From an uncultured Methanomicrobiales archaeon (lineage in GTDB: Archaea > Halobacteriota > Methanomicrobia > Methanomicrobiales > Methanospirillaceae), in NCBI GenBank assembly GCA_949320185.1, contig CASGHK010000001.1, positions 16,397-80,396 on the forward strand: DNA of 64,000 nucleotides, given 5' to 3'. Made by a program: the position numbers and the translations under genes. Below, piece after piece: positions 47,695 through 57,081 of this stretch. Positions within the stretch are counted from its first letter, which is position 1. The number at the start of each line of letters is the position of its first letter. A model generated the notes under the pieces. It saw nothing but the letters and a program-made list of their open reading frames with translations, was not told where the DNA came from and did not search any database.

Positions 47695-49302
47695 CTACCG
47701 GGAGACCTCGATCCCCCTGCCCTTGATCCGCCGGCGCGACATGAGCTTGACGACCCGGTCCGCCTCCTCTTCAGGCACCTCGATCGAGGAGCGGTCCGCG
47801 TCGACCTCGATCAGGCCGAAGAGCTCCCCGGGGATCCCGGTCTCTCCGGCGAACGCCCCGAGGATGTCCCGGGGTCGGACGTCCTGGTTTCTGCCGGCAC
47901 TGATGAATACGCGGACGGTTCCAGGAGTTCGGGGCCGTCCTCCGAGCTCCGTCGACCCCGACGGATCATCGCTCTGGAGCCGGAGGAGAGCGGCAGCGAT
48001 GTCGAGGGATGAAAACCCCTCGAGCATGAGCCGTTCGATACGGGTGATGTACCGCTCCAACCCACCCGAGGCGATCGTTTGACGGAGCCGGTCCTCGAAC
48101 ATGTGGGTGCGGACCTCCTCGACGTCCGCGAGGCTCGGAACCTGCCGCTGGACGATCTTGGTCCGCGTATACTTCATGATGTCACGCAGCTTCCAGTGCT
48201 CGCGCCCGGTGACGAAGGTGAACGCCTGGCCCGTTCGTCCAGCCCGGCCCGTGCGCCCGATCCGGTGAACGTAATACTCCTCGTCCTGGGGAAGGTCGTA
48301 GTTGAAGACCGTGGTAATCTCCTCTACGTCGATGCCACGGGCGGCGACGTCGGTCGCGACGAGCAGATCGATAGCACCCTGCCGGAACCGCGCCATCACA
48401 CGGTCGCGCTGGTTCTGCTTCATGTCGCCATGAAGCCCTTCGGCGGAGTATCCCCGGGCCCGAAGCTGCGAGACGACCTCGTCGACGTTTCGCTTGGTGT
48501 TGCAGAAGACCAGCGCCCTTCCTCCCTCGCTCAGGTCGAGGAGTCGCGAGAGGGCCTCAAGTTTCTCGTTCTCCCGTACCTCGAAGTAGACCTGCTCGAT
48601 CAGGGGCACGGTCAGCTCACGATGGACCGTGCGGACCTCTACCGGGTCATGCAGGTATCTCTGTGCGAGATCGCGGATCTCGGGCGATATCGTTGCAGAG
48701 AAGAGGAGGGTCTGCCGATCGGCGGGGGTCGTGTCGAGGATCTCGGTGATATCGTCACGAAAGCCCATATCAAGCATCTCGTCGGCCTCGTCAAGGACGG
48801 CAAACTTGACAGAGCCGAGAGAGAGGGTGCCACGGCGGATGTGGTCCAGGACGCGGCCAGGAGTGCCGATGACCAGCTGCGCACCCTTGCGGAGCACGTT
48901 CATCTGCCGTTCTATCGGCTGCCCGCCATAGATCGGGACGACGGTGATCCCTCGCCGGTAGCGTGCGAGCTTGAAGAGCTCTTCTGCCACCTGCACGGCA
49001 AGTTCGCGGGTGGGGCAGAGGATTATTGCCTGCACGCTCCGGTCGGAAGGGTTGACCATCTCGACCAGTGGCATACCGAATGCAGCCGTCTTGCCGGTAC
49101 CAGTCTGTGCCTGGCCGACGACGTCGCGACCCGAAAGGGCCGCCGGGACCGCCTGCTGCTGAATCGGGGTCGGCTCTTCGAACCCGAGGGCTGCGACCGC
49201 CCTGACGATAGCCTCGGAGATCCCGAGCGCCGCGAAACGCTCGGTCATGCCCGAGACCGGAGCGGCCTCTTCATCGCGCCGTCCGGGCGCCGTATCTGTC
49301 AT
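47695..49302 (-). CDS. DEAD-box ATP-dependent RNA helicase with DbpA-type C-terminal RNA-binding domain
   Basis: FEEPTPIQ (Q motif), AQTGTGKT, PTRELA, DEAD, SAT, HRIGRTGRAG. The ATG at 49248 (MTERFAALGI) is an alternative and perhaps more typical start. Confidence 0.9.
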   Translation of the reverse strand: MTDTAPGRRDEEAAPVSGMTERFAALGISEAIVRAVAALGFEEPTPIQQQAVPAALSGRDVVGQAQTGTGKTAAFGMPLVEMVNPSDRSVQAIILCPTRELAVQVAEELFKLARYRRGITVVPIYGGQPIERQMNVLRKGAQLVIGTPGRVLDHIRRGTLSLGSVKFAVLDEADEMLDMGFRDDITEILDTTPADRQTLLFSATISPEIRDLAQRYLHDPVEVRTVHRELTVPLIEQVYFEVRENEKLEALSRLLDLSEGGRALVFCNTKRNVDEVVSQLRARGYSAEGLHGDMKQNQRDRVMARFRQGAIDLLVATDVAARGIDVEEITTVFNYDLPQDEEYYVHRIGRTGRAGRTGQAFTFVTGREHWKLRDIMKYTRTKIVQRQVPSLADVEEVRTHMFEDRLRQTIASGGLERYITRIERLMLEGFSSLDIAAALLRLQSDDPSGSTELGGRPRTPGTVRVFISAGRNQDVRPRDILGAFAGETGIPGELFGLIEVDADRSSIEVPEEEADRVVKLMSRRRIKGRGIEVSR

Positions 49303-49462
49303 GCTCCTTATACTCGTGCTGCAACTACTTCACCGTTTTGAGGATACAGGAGAGAGTATAGTGGCATACCTGAACGGAAACTTCTTCATCCTGCAGGAAA
49401 ACCCTTTTATTACATCTGAGGACTCGATCGCTGCCCTGGCGGGCAACGGTCAGGAGCCAAAT

Positions 49463-50785
49463 ATGAGTAGTCGCTGTCTACCATTCATTCTCCTGTTGCT
49501 CTGCTGCACGGTCTCACTTGCTGCTGCCGGAGGCATGGCAAAGATCTCGGTCTCTCCGTCGGAGGCGAACTGGAAGACGGGTCAGTCGGTCGAGGTCAAG
49601 GTGATGTTCGACAACAATCTCAATCCGCTGGCCAAGGACATCTCGCTCTACTTCGACTGGAACCCGGAGATGCTCAAGTACGAGGGCTGCGACTTCAAGG
49701 TTGGCCGGAGCACGGTCGCCGGTCTCCTCTCTTCGCACGAGCTGAACGTGATGGTCGGCGACTTCACCAACGGCTATCCCAAGGGCTCCTATCCACTCGC
49801 AGTGCTGAAGTTCAAGGTGATCGGTCCGGGTGACACCCCGATCCTGGTCCGCATCGCCCGGCTCAATGACATGGACGGTAACTCGGTGAAGTTCGTCGCC
49901 GGCAAGGGGATGTACTCGATCACGGGAGAGACGGTGGCGAAGACAACCACCATCCCGACCTCGCCGCCGAGCACCTACATCCCTCCGGCGGGTCAGCCCA
50001 CCGTGATCGTGGTCACCCCCGGGACCTTCACGCCGATCCCGACGGCGCAGCCCTCGATGGTCTCTCCACCAGCGGTGTTGCCGACAACCTACCAGGCACC
50101 GATCGTCATCCAGCCCGTTCAGCAAAATACCGTATCTCCGGGTGGGATGCCGGCCTGGCCTCAGATCACCCCTGGTGCAACACCCCCCACACCGGTTCCA
50201 ACGACCATCACGACCACTCAACCCACGACGATCCCCACACCGATGCCCACCACGGTCGTCACGACCGTCCTGACGACCCTGCCTCCACGAGTCTTCACCA
50301 CCCTGCCGACCCGGACCCCGGTGACGTTCGAGAGTACGACGGTCCCAACCACTACCACCACCACCGTGACTCCGACGACAACCGCGACCCCGGAGATGAC
50401 CTGGACTCCTATCGTGACGACACCCGGTCAGATCGCCTACCAGACCGGCGTGGTCCAGACGCCGACCCCGGAGGAGACGCCCGAGGAGACTCCTTCGGTC
50501 GACCGGACGATTCCTTCTCCCCTGGGCGGTGCCCCGAACTGGACCGACGACGAGACCGATGAAGAGAGCGCAGACTGGCCGGTCGACGAGACTCCGACCG
50601 TTGCCGGGGCATTCGGGGGCAGGATGACCACGTCTCCCGTGGTCAACAACACCACCGCTGCGATCGGGAACGTCGGTTCGATCTTCGGGAGCGCCTGGAT
50701 GATGGCACTTGCCGCAATCGCCGGGATCGCACTTGTTGCAATTGGCGTCGTCGCCGTTCGACGGACGCGCGAGGACGAACTCTAA
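49463..50785 (+). CDS. Surface protein: signal peptide, cohesin-like domain, Pro/Thr-rich linker, C-terminal TM anchor
   Basis: ATG at M73 of the tracked ORF, with AGGAG 7 nt upstream. MSSRCLPFILLLLCCTVSLAAA is the signal. ISVSPSEANWKTGQSVEVKVMFDNN...ISLYFDWNPEMLKYEGCDFKVG...PLAVLKFKVIGPGDTPI follows the cohesin beta-sandwich pattern. About 250 aa are P/T-rich. The end is AWMMALAAIAGIALVAIGVVAVRRTRE. Confidence 0.6.
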   Translation: MSSRCLPFILLLLCCTVSLAAAGGMAKISVSPSEANWKTGQSVEVKVMFDNNLNPLAKDISLYFDWNPEMLKYEGCDFKVGRSTVAGLLSSHELNVMVGDFTNGYPKGSYPLAVLKFKVIGPGDTPILVRIARLNDMDGNSVKFVAGKGMYSITGETVAKTTTIPTSPPSTYIPPAGQPTVIVVTPGTFTPIPTAQPSMVSPPAVLPTTYQAPIVIQPVQQNTVSPGGMPAWPQITPGATPPTPVPTTITTTQPTTIPTPMPTTVVTTVLTTLPPRVFTTLPTRTPVTFESTTVPTTTTTTVTPTTTATPEMTWTPIVTTPGQIAYQTGVVQTPTPEETPEETPSVDRTIPSPLGGAPNWTDDETDEESADWPVDETPTVAGAFGGRMTTSPVVNNTTAAIGNVGSIFGSAWMMALAAIAGIALVAIGVVAVRRTREDEL

Positions 50786-50797
50786 CCCGCTCCTCTC

Positions 50798-50804
50798 TTT
50801 TTTT
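50798..50804 (+). terminator. Oligo-T terminator candidate after the cohesin-like gene
   Basis: A T7 run 13 nt after the stop codon. Confidence 0.35.
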
Positions 50805-50890
50805 ACAGGCCTCTCCGGTATCACCGGATCGAGAATTGCCGAACCATCGACGGGAACGTGAGCCGAAGCACAAAAAGAGAATGAATCGGT

Positions 50891-52735
50891 TCAGTGCAGA
50901 GTGGGTGCCGACACCTCGGCGCTCGCGATCTTGGCGATAAGCCCCTCGAGCACCTCGTCGCGCATCCCCTCGACGAACTTGATCGATCCGACTACCAGGT
51001 GGCCCCCGCCGCTGATTCCTCCTCCGGCGATCTCGGTCCTGAGCTCCCGGACCATTCGCGGGATATTCATCAGCACCCCACGAGACCGGAGGACGGCGAA
51101 GTCCGGTCCGAACCCGATCGTGACAACGGGTTCGCCGGGGTGAAGCCTGCAGAGCCGGTCATGGACCTCGCCCGAGGTCTTGCCCGGTGGCGGGAAGGTG
51201 AACTTGTGGGCGTGGATCTCGACGTCAAGCAGAAAGAGGTGGGCTCCGTTTTCAAGAGGCCTCTCACGCACGTGGGGCATCGTCGCCTCCATCTGGTCGG
51301 CGATCATCGCGTTCGCTCCCTCGACCAGGAGTTTGACGAACTTGACATGACGGTCGTGGTCGGGTCCCAGGTCCAGGATCTCCTTCACGATCTCTCGCCC
51401 GTCGTTGAACCTGAGCCAGAACTGTTCGTAGTCGAGGGCAAGCGCCATCTCCTTGCACTCCTCTTCGGAGTACCGGTCGGCGACCAGGTCCAGGTACCGC
51501 TGTCGTTCCGGGGCTTCCGACCGATCCCCGACCGCGGCGATCGCTGGAAGGTGTTTGATCACCTCTCCGACGGCGGGATTGATCATCCGGGCGAGTTCCG
51601 TGCCGAGCATTCCTGCCGTAATACCGAAGTCTCCTCCGACATGGTACGGGTTGACATGCCCGGCCAGGTACTGGTCGATGACTGCGTCGGGGTGGTGGTG
51701 GTCGACGACCAGTACGGTGAGTCCGAAGACCTGTGCCTGCTTGAGGGCAGGCTCGTCCTCCTCGGTCGAGCCGTTATCGGTCAACAGGACGAGGGGCATC
51801 TTCTGCCCGTACCGGACCAGGTCCTTTGTCGCAAAGTCGAGGTCGCGGGTGATGTCCTCAATCTCGTAGAATGGGGCCTTGGAGGGGGCCCGCTTGAATA
51901 GGAAGTAGTCGGCGTCGAAATCCCCACCCGATTCGCGGATCAGGGAGACGACGGCCTGTTCGATCGCGACGGCCGAACAGATCCCGTCCGCATCGGCGTG
52001 GTGGCGGAGCACGATCGGCTGGGAGACGAAGACTGCCTTCCGGATCTGCTTCGCGACCTCGCGGAGCTGGGGCCGGAGCAGGGTCATCACCTCGGATTCG
52101 ACGAGCAGGGGGAATTCGGGGGGCTCAGCCCGGCGATCGAGGGCCTCCTCGATCTGGCGCCTGACCTCGTCAGCCTCGTCACCGGAGAGCACCGTCAACG
52201 ACGCAATCTCGATCTGGACCTGTGAATTCCGCTGCATCACCTGTCCATAGACCTGCACGATGTCGCCGAGGTTTGCCTCGGGATATGCCCGGACACCGGC
52301 CTCGACGAATGCCGCGCCGTTCTCGGTACCACTCTCATCGACCAGGGTGAAGATGGTCGGGCCGCTCGTCTGCTTGACCTGGGCGATCTCGGCCATGACG
52401 GTCACGGTTCGACCGATCCGGTTGCTGAGGTCACCGAGGCGCGTCGTTGTGACCTTCCTGATCACGTCCTGGACTTCGTACGACGGGAGGATCACCTCCT
52501 CGAGGTCGATATTCCCATTCGGACGGATCTGTTTAACCCGGACGAGTATCTCGTCCCGTTCGTCGTGATCGGTTCGGACGTTCGATTTGTGCACGAGGCC
52601 CTTGAGGCGATCGGTGAGCTGGACGAAGGTGCCGAAGGCGGCGAAGCCCTGGACTCGTCCGATGTAGATGGTCCCGACCTCGACATCCGAGAGGTCGCAG
52701 GCGGGACTGAGACGGTATACAATGACGTTGGACAT
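50891..52735 (-). CDS. RecJ-like DHH/DHHA1 phosphoesterase with N-terminal S1 and OB-fold domains
   Basis: S1-like GRVQGFAAFGTFVQL..GLVHKS, OB-fold segment, DHH motifs HHADADGICS and VVDHHHP, and a C-terminal GGGHLVVG (DHHA1 GGGH). Confidence 0.85.
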   Translation of the reverse strand: MSNVIVYRLSPACDLSDVEVGTIYIGRVQGFAAFGTFVQLTDRLKGLVHKSNVRTDHDERDEILVRVKQIRPNGNIDLEEVILPSYEVQDVIRKVTTTRLGDLSNRIGRTVTVMAEIAQVKQTSGPTIFTLVDESGTENGAAFVEAGVRAYPEANLGDIVQVYGQVMQRNSQVQIEIASLTVLSGDEADEVRRQIEEALDRRAEPPEFPLLVESEVMTLLRPQLREVAKQIRKAVFVSQPIVLRHHADADGICSAVAIEQAVVSLIRESGGDFDADYFLFKRAPSKAPFYEIEDITRDLDFATKDLVRYGQKMPLVLLTDNGSTEEDEPALKQAQVFGLTVLVVDHHHPDAVIDQYLAGHVNPYHVGGDFGITAGMLGTELARMINPAVGEVIKHLPAIAAVGDRSEAPERQRYLDLVADRYSEEECKEMALALDYEQFWLRFNDGREIVKEILDLGPDHDRHVKFVKLLVEGANAMIADQMEATMPHVRERPLENGAHLFLLDVEIHAHKFTFPPPGKTSGEVHDRLCRLHPGEPVVTIGFGPDFAVLRSRGVLMNIPRMVRELRTEIAGGGISGGGHLVVGSIKFVEGMRDEVLEGLIAKIASAEVSAPTLH

Positions 52736-53451
52736 GCGTATCTATCCGGCGAATGAAAGTGTATTCGTTATCTTCGCTGCGCGGTCTTTCAGCTATTGGA
52801 CGGCGCTGTATATAGAAGCCTTTGAAACGGTGATCGATCGAGGCGGGTGCGTGGGACCCGATCGCCCAATCTGCCGAATCGCTGGTTGAGATGAACTCTT
52901 CGTGTTCCTGAGACCTGATCTGACCGGAGCCGAATTCGCCAACCGGTGACGGGAGCGTGCGAATCCTGATGGAGCCGGGACGAGCCAGGCGCCCACGCTG
53001 ACGGAATCCTCACGAACTCTGGCCTGAGGAAGAGGTCCGATGACCATATCGTGTGAACGAACGAGATACCCGAAGCACGAGGGCTCCGACCGGTTTTTCT
53101 TCTGTTCCGTGAGGTATCAGGACGTTTCTCCAGGTAACCCTGTTCAACGGTGCGATGGCGCCTGTCCGGGACCAGGTCCAATGAAGATCGATTCGGACTC
53201 GGAAAGGGGCGGGAGGGACCCGGGGATGTGAAAAGACTCCTGTCGTCTCCGCTCAACCTGATGATCGATCACACGAACGGGATAACGGGTACCGCAGATG
53301 ATTCGTGGATGGAGCATATGGGTACGAAACCCGATTATCCAAGCGCCGAACTCTCGGTGCCAGGACTGGAGAAGACGGCGTATCAGCCACGCGATGTCGG
53401 TGATCGAATCTATCGGGTCCTCGGCTGGATTGGGCCTTGGAAAAAAGGGAT

Positions 53452-53967
53452 CTATGCCGCCGGAGTTTCAGTCTCGACGGTCAGGCGGAAGGGCGACGGG
53501 AGCTTGTATCCACCACGCTTCATCGCATACTTCGCCTTCTCGATATACTGCTCGTTGGTATAGACGGTGAAGATCTTCTGCCGGGGAGCGACTCGTGCTG
53601 CCGTCCCGACTGCCTTCCCGAACGCGAGTCTCATTCCCTCCGAGACACGGTCGGCGCCTGCACCCGTCGCCTGCTTGTTCTCGCGCAGGACATGGTGAGG
53701 GAAGGTGCGGATCTTGAGGTGGAAGTTCTGTCGTCCGATCTCGCTCATCAACTTCCGGTTGATGGAGATGCGGGCTGCCTCGAGCGCCGTGTGGCGGATC
53801 TGGCAGGCCTCTTCGACTTCAAGCGAGAGCTGAACCGGAAAGTCCGCCGAGAGGTTCCCCATCTCGAACTGAACGATCTTCGAGCCAGGAACGCCGCCCA
53901 TGTATTCACGTCGCGTATATGCCTTCTTAGAAAGATTCCTGTACATCTTGCCGGGTTTTCGGACCAT
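53452..53967 (-). CDS. rpl10e: 50S ribosomal protein L10e (uL16)
   Basis: [38 protein letters not shown]..., [23 protein letters not shown]. Confidence 0.95.
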   Translation of the reverse strand: MVRKPGKMYRNLSKKAYTRREYMGGVPGSKIVQFEMGNLSADFPVQLSLEVEEACQIRHTALEAARISINRKLMSEIGRQNFHLKIRTFPHHVLRENKQATGAGADRVSEGMRLAFGKAVGTAARVAPRQKIFTVYTNEQYIEKAKYAMKRGGYKLPSPFRLTVETETPAA

Positions 53968-54031
53968 GGTATATACTCCTCGTTAGCGCTCCGTGCTCTA
54001 TTAAAATGAGATGAAGGCTATTAAACCTTCC

Positions 54032-54793
54032 TCACCTATCCGGGCGTCCTTCGTCGATCAGGCCGAGCACGTACCGTCTGAGGGCTGCGCACCCATCGCA
54101 GGTCCGGTCTCTTGGGCGGGGTTCGTTCACATCGACCACCTCGCGGATACGGCCGGGACGAGTGGTCAGGACCACGATCCGGTCGGCAAGAAAGACCGCC
54201 TCGTCGACCGAGTGAGTGACGAAGAGCACGGTCTTTTTGGTCTTCTCCCAGATATCCAGGAGCTCCCGCTGCATCGCGTTTCGTGTCTGGGCATCGAGTG
54301 CTCCGAACGGCTCATCCATCAGCACCACGGCCGGCTCGATCGCGAGCGCCCGTGCCACGGCGACCCTCTGGCGCATCCCGCCGGAGAGTTCGTACGGGAA
54401 CGCATCGGCGAAATCTTTCAGGCCCACCAGTTCCAGGTATTTTCGAGCGGTCGCCGCACGAGTCGCCTTCTCCACACCGGCGATCTCGAGGCCGAACGCG
54501 ATATTATCGAGGACTCTTCGCCACGGATAAAGGGAGTAGTCCTGGAAGATCATGCCGAGGCGAGGAGTCGGCCCATCGACAGGCTCCCCGTCGACGAGCA
54601 CGTCGCCCCCGGTCGGTTTTTCAAGGCCGGCGATGATGCGGAGCAGCGTTGTCTTGCCGCAACCTGAAGGGCCCAGGATGCAGATGAACTCCCCCTCTTC
54701 CACCTCGAGCGTAACATCGGAGAGGGCCTTCACATCCTCACCGTTCTCGTTCTGGAAACTCTTTGAGACGTGGTCGACCTTCAGTTTCTTCAT
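54032..54793 (-). CDS. ABC transporter ATP-binding protein (NitT/TauT nitrate/sulfonate/bicarbonate family)
   Basis: Start at M65 of the tracked ORF (MKKLKVDHVSKSF). GPSGCGKTT, LSGGMRQRVAVARAL, VLMDEPFGALD. ATGA overlap with the permease gene. Confidence 0.9.
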   Translation of the reverse strand: MKKLKVDHVSKSFQNENGEDVKALSDVTLEVEEGEFICILGPSGCGKTTLLRIIAGLEKPTGGDVLVDGEPVDGPTPRLGMIFQDYSLYPWRRVLDNIAFGLEIAGVEKATRAATARKYLELVGLKDFADAFPYELSGGMRQRVAVARALAIEPAVVLMDEPFGALDAQTRNAMQRELLDIWEKTKKTVLFVTHSVDEAVFLADRIVVLTTRPGRIREVVDVNEPRPRDRTCDGCAALRRYVLGLIDEGRPDR

Positions 54794-55593
54794 CTCTCGA
54801 GCTCCCTCCATCGGAACCATCGCTCCTCGAACCGACGGAGTGCCGTGTCGATCCCGAGCCCAATCACCCCGATCACGATCATGCCGGCGATGATCACCTG
54901 CACCTGGCTGAAGTTGTAGGCGTAGAGGATCAGGTATCCGAGCCCGGAGTTCGTTCCCGGCATCATCTCCGCTGCCACCACGCACATCCAGGCGATGCCG
55001 AACCCAACCCTCATTCCGGTCCAGATCGTGGGCAATGCACCGGGAAGGACCACTCGTGAGAGGATCTGGCGCTCGGTCGCACCGAGCGTCATCGCCGCCT
55101 CAATCCAGGTCCGTTTCACCGAACGGACGCCATCGAGTGTGTTGAGAAGGACCGGGAAGAACGAGCCTATTGCGATGATGAAGACCATGGAGGCGAGCCC
55201 AATCTTGAACCACGCGAGCGCGAGGGGTACCCAGGCAAGTGGAGGGATCGGCCGAAAGATCTGGACAAGGGGGTCGACCAGTTCCTCGACGATCCGCCAG
55301 CGCCCCATCGCCACTCCGATGGGCACGGCAAGGAGGGCACCCACGGTGAACCCGACGATGACTCGCTGGAGGGAGTCGATCGCGTTCTCTACGAGGGATC
55401 CCGATCCGAGGATCGGCGAAAAAGGCGTCGCAAGCACCATCGCCACGGACTCAAGCCGGGGCAGGATGAACTGGTTGTTGATGACGACCGCCGCTACTTC
55501 CCAGGCGATAAGAAAAAAAAGGGGCATGATCGCCCATCGGAACCCCCGGGCCATACCCTGAAACCGACGGAACTCCTGGACGTTCTCCCTCAT
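54790..55593 (-). CDS. ABC transporter permease (NitT/TauT family)
   Basis: Start at M51 of the tracked ORF. 6 TM segments. EAAMTLGATERQILSRVVLPGALP is an EAA loop. Confidence 0.85.
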   Translation of the reverse strand: MRENVQEFRRFQGMARGFRWAIMPLFFLIAWEVAAVVINNQFILPRLESVAMVLATPFSPILGSGSLVENAIDSLQRVIVGFTVGALLAVPIGVAMGRWRIVEELVDPLVQIFRPIPPLAWVPLALAWFKIGLASMVFIIAIGSFFPVLLNTLDGVRSVKRTWIEAAMTLGATERQILSRVVLPGALPTIWTGMRVGFGIAWMCVVAAEMMPGTNSGLGYLILYAYNFSQVQVIIAGMIVIGVIGLGIDTALRRFEERWFRWRELER

Positions 55594-55616
55594 TATCCTC
55601 CGGATTACTCTCTTGC

Positions 55617-56840
55617 CTATCCCTCGGTGATGACGATTCCGGCATCCTTGAGGGAGTAGCGCAGCATGACATCCTGGATCGAGCCCTTGGATGGAGCGGC
55701 AATGACGAGGGGCTTGCCCTCGGTCGACCGGGACAACGCCCACTGCACGAAGGATGGCCAGTCGTTGGCCGGCGATCCTGCTGCCGCGACGAGACCGGAT
55801 CCCTCAGTATTGATGGGGTGAAGAACCTTAATAGGCGTTCCCCTGTCGATCGTCGCGATTGCAGGCGGCACGCCGGCAAATCCCATCTGGATGTTATTGG
55901 TGGCCGCCAACTGCATCAGCTCTGGTCCGGCGTTCGCCGAGATGAGCCGCACCTCTCCAACGGTCTGTCCGTTCACGACAAGGTCGCAGACTTCGGGCTT
56001 TGCCTCGGCGACGTTCCTGGGCTTGAGCATGATCCCGTAGTTGTCGTTCATCCACTGGTACTTCTTGATCGCAACCAGCAGACCTCCCGAGTGCATGTCG
56101 GCCTTGAGATACCCGAGTGTCACGGGCTTCGAGAGTGTGGCGGGAGTGACGATGTTCTTCTGTGCGATCATCTGCGAGGCGGACTCGTACGGCCCGAAGT
56201 CGAAGAGGATCTCGTCGAGTTCGGCCCCGGTGACGTTGGCAAGACGGCCCTGGACGATCCCGAGCTCTTTTTGAGCGGTCACGAACCGGCGGGTCCCGTT
56301 CTTCCAGTCATCAGTCGGCTCGGTGGTGTATCTCACGGTCTTTATCGCGTCGTTCACGACTCCCACGGAACCAACGGAGACATTGCCGTACGTGAAATTT
56401 GCCTTTCCGACGAGCCAGTCGGCGAGAATGTCCGCCGCCTCATCGGGGTGCTCGGTCACGTACGTGTCGCCAAGGATCGTGATCGCCGAGATCGCATTGA
56501 CAAAGTCGGGGTTCGTAGCGAGCAGGTCGTCCCGGGCGGTGACGACACAGCAGGGGTGGTCGTACCATGTCCCTGCCGGCGGCATGTCACGCGAGTTGGA
56601 GACGACCTGGCCGATCTTGGACTCTGTCGCGATCGAGACGAACGGCTGCCAGGCGATGTAGCCGTCCACCTGCTTGGTTGCGAGCAGGTTCGGCATTGGA
56701 CCGACCCCCTGGCTGTACAGGATGGCGACAGTGCCATTCTTGGTCCCGTTCCCTCCCGGTTGAGGAGTGGTGCATCCGGCGCAGGCGAGCCCTGTAACAA
56801 CAAGGACCAGCAGCGAGAGTGTTAGCAGGCGAGTATTCAT
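55617..56840 (-). CDS. ABC transporter substrate-binding lipoprotein (NMT1/THI5-like)
   Basis: Signal with lipobox-like LACAGCT. 407 aa with a periplasmic-binding-protein-like pattern, directly upstream of its permease and ATPase. Confidence 0.8.
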   Translation of the reverse strand: MNTRLLTLSLLVLVVTGLACAGCTTPQPGGNGTKNGTVAILYSQGVGPMPNLLATKQVDGYIAWQPFVSIATESKIGQVVSNSRDMPPAGTWYDHPCCVVTARDDLLATNPDFVNAISAITILGDTYVTEHPDEAADILADWLVGKANFTYGNVSVGSVGVVNDAIKTVRYTTEPTDDWKNGTRRFVTAQKELGIVQGRLANVTGAELDEILFDFGPYESASQMIAQKNIVTPATLSKPVTLGYLKADMHSGGLLVAIKKYQWMNDNYGIMLKPRNVAEAKPEVCDLVVNGQTVGEVRLISANAGPELMQLAATNNIQMGFAGVPPAIATIDRGTPIKVLHPINTEGSGLVAAAGSPANDWPSFVQWALSRSTEGKPLVIAAPSKGSIQDVMLRYSLKDAGIVITEG

Positions 56841-57081
56841 GGTACACGGATGTGGGGGGTGGGATGATTAACGTTTCCCTTCAAACCGATCAATTTCTCT
56901 TATAAGGTAGAAAATTTTTTACTTTATTCCTGATTATACTCAATTGGACGCGATCGTGTCCACATACTTTCAAACTGGTCGGGATGTCCCCGAGGTCTCA
57001 CTTTCCGGTGCATTCTCCTGTGCGAACCTGCCCGGCTCCGACACGCTCATCTCGCTGGGGGCTGAGATAGTAGGGAACGGC

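Noticed and set aside
52885-52935. Possible box C/D sRNA (AGATGAA ... CTGA ... CTGATCTGA)
   Set aside because: The box C is non-canonical, no C' box is present, the second spacer is missing, and there is no terminal stem. It does not meet the C-D'-C'-D architecture seen in the tRNA-Trp intron.
52736-53451. RNase P RNA or SRP (7S) RNA in the long gap
   Set aside because: Only loose resemblances were found to CR-I (GAGGAAGAGGTCCG versus GAGGAAAGUCCG) and CR-V (ACGAAACCCGATTATCC versus ACAGAACCCGGCUUAUC). The two segments cannot form a P4 helix with each other. No GGAA/AGCA helix-8 motif for SRP RNA is present. The region is kept only as an unexplained gap.
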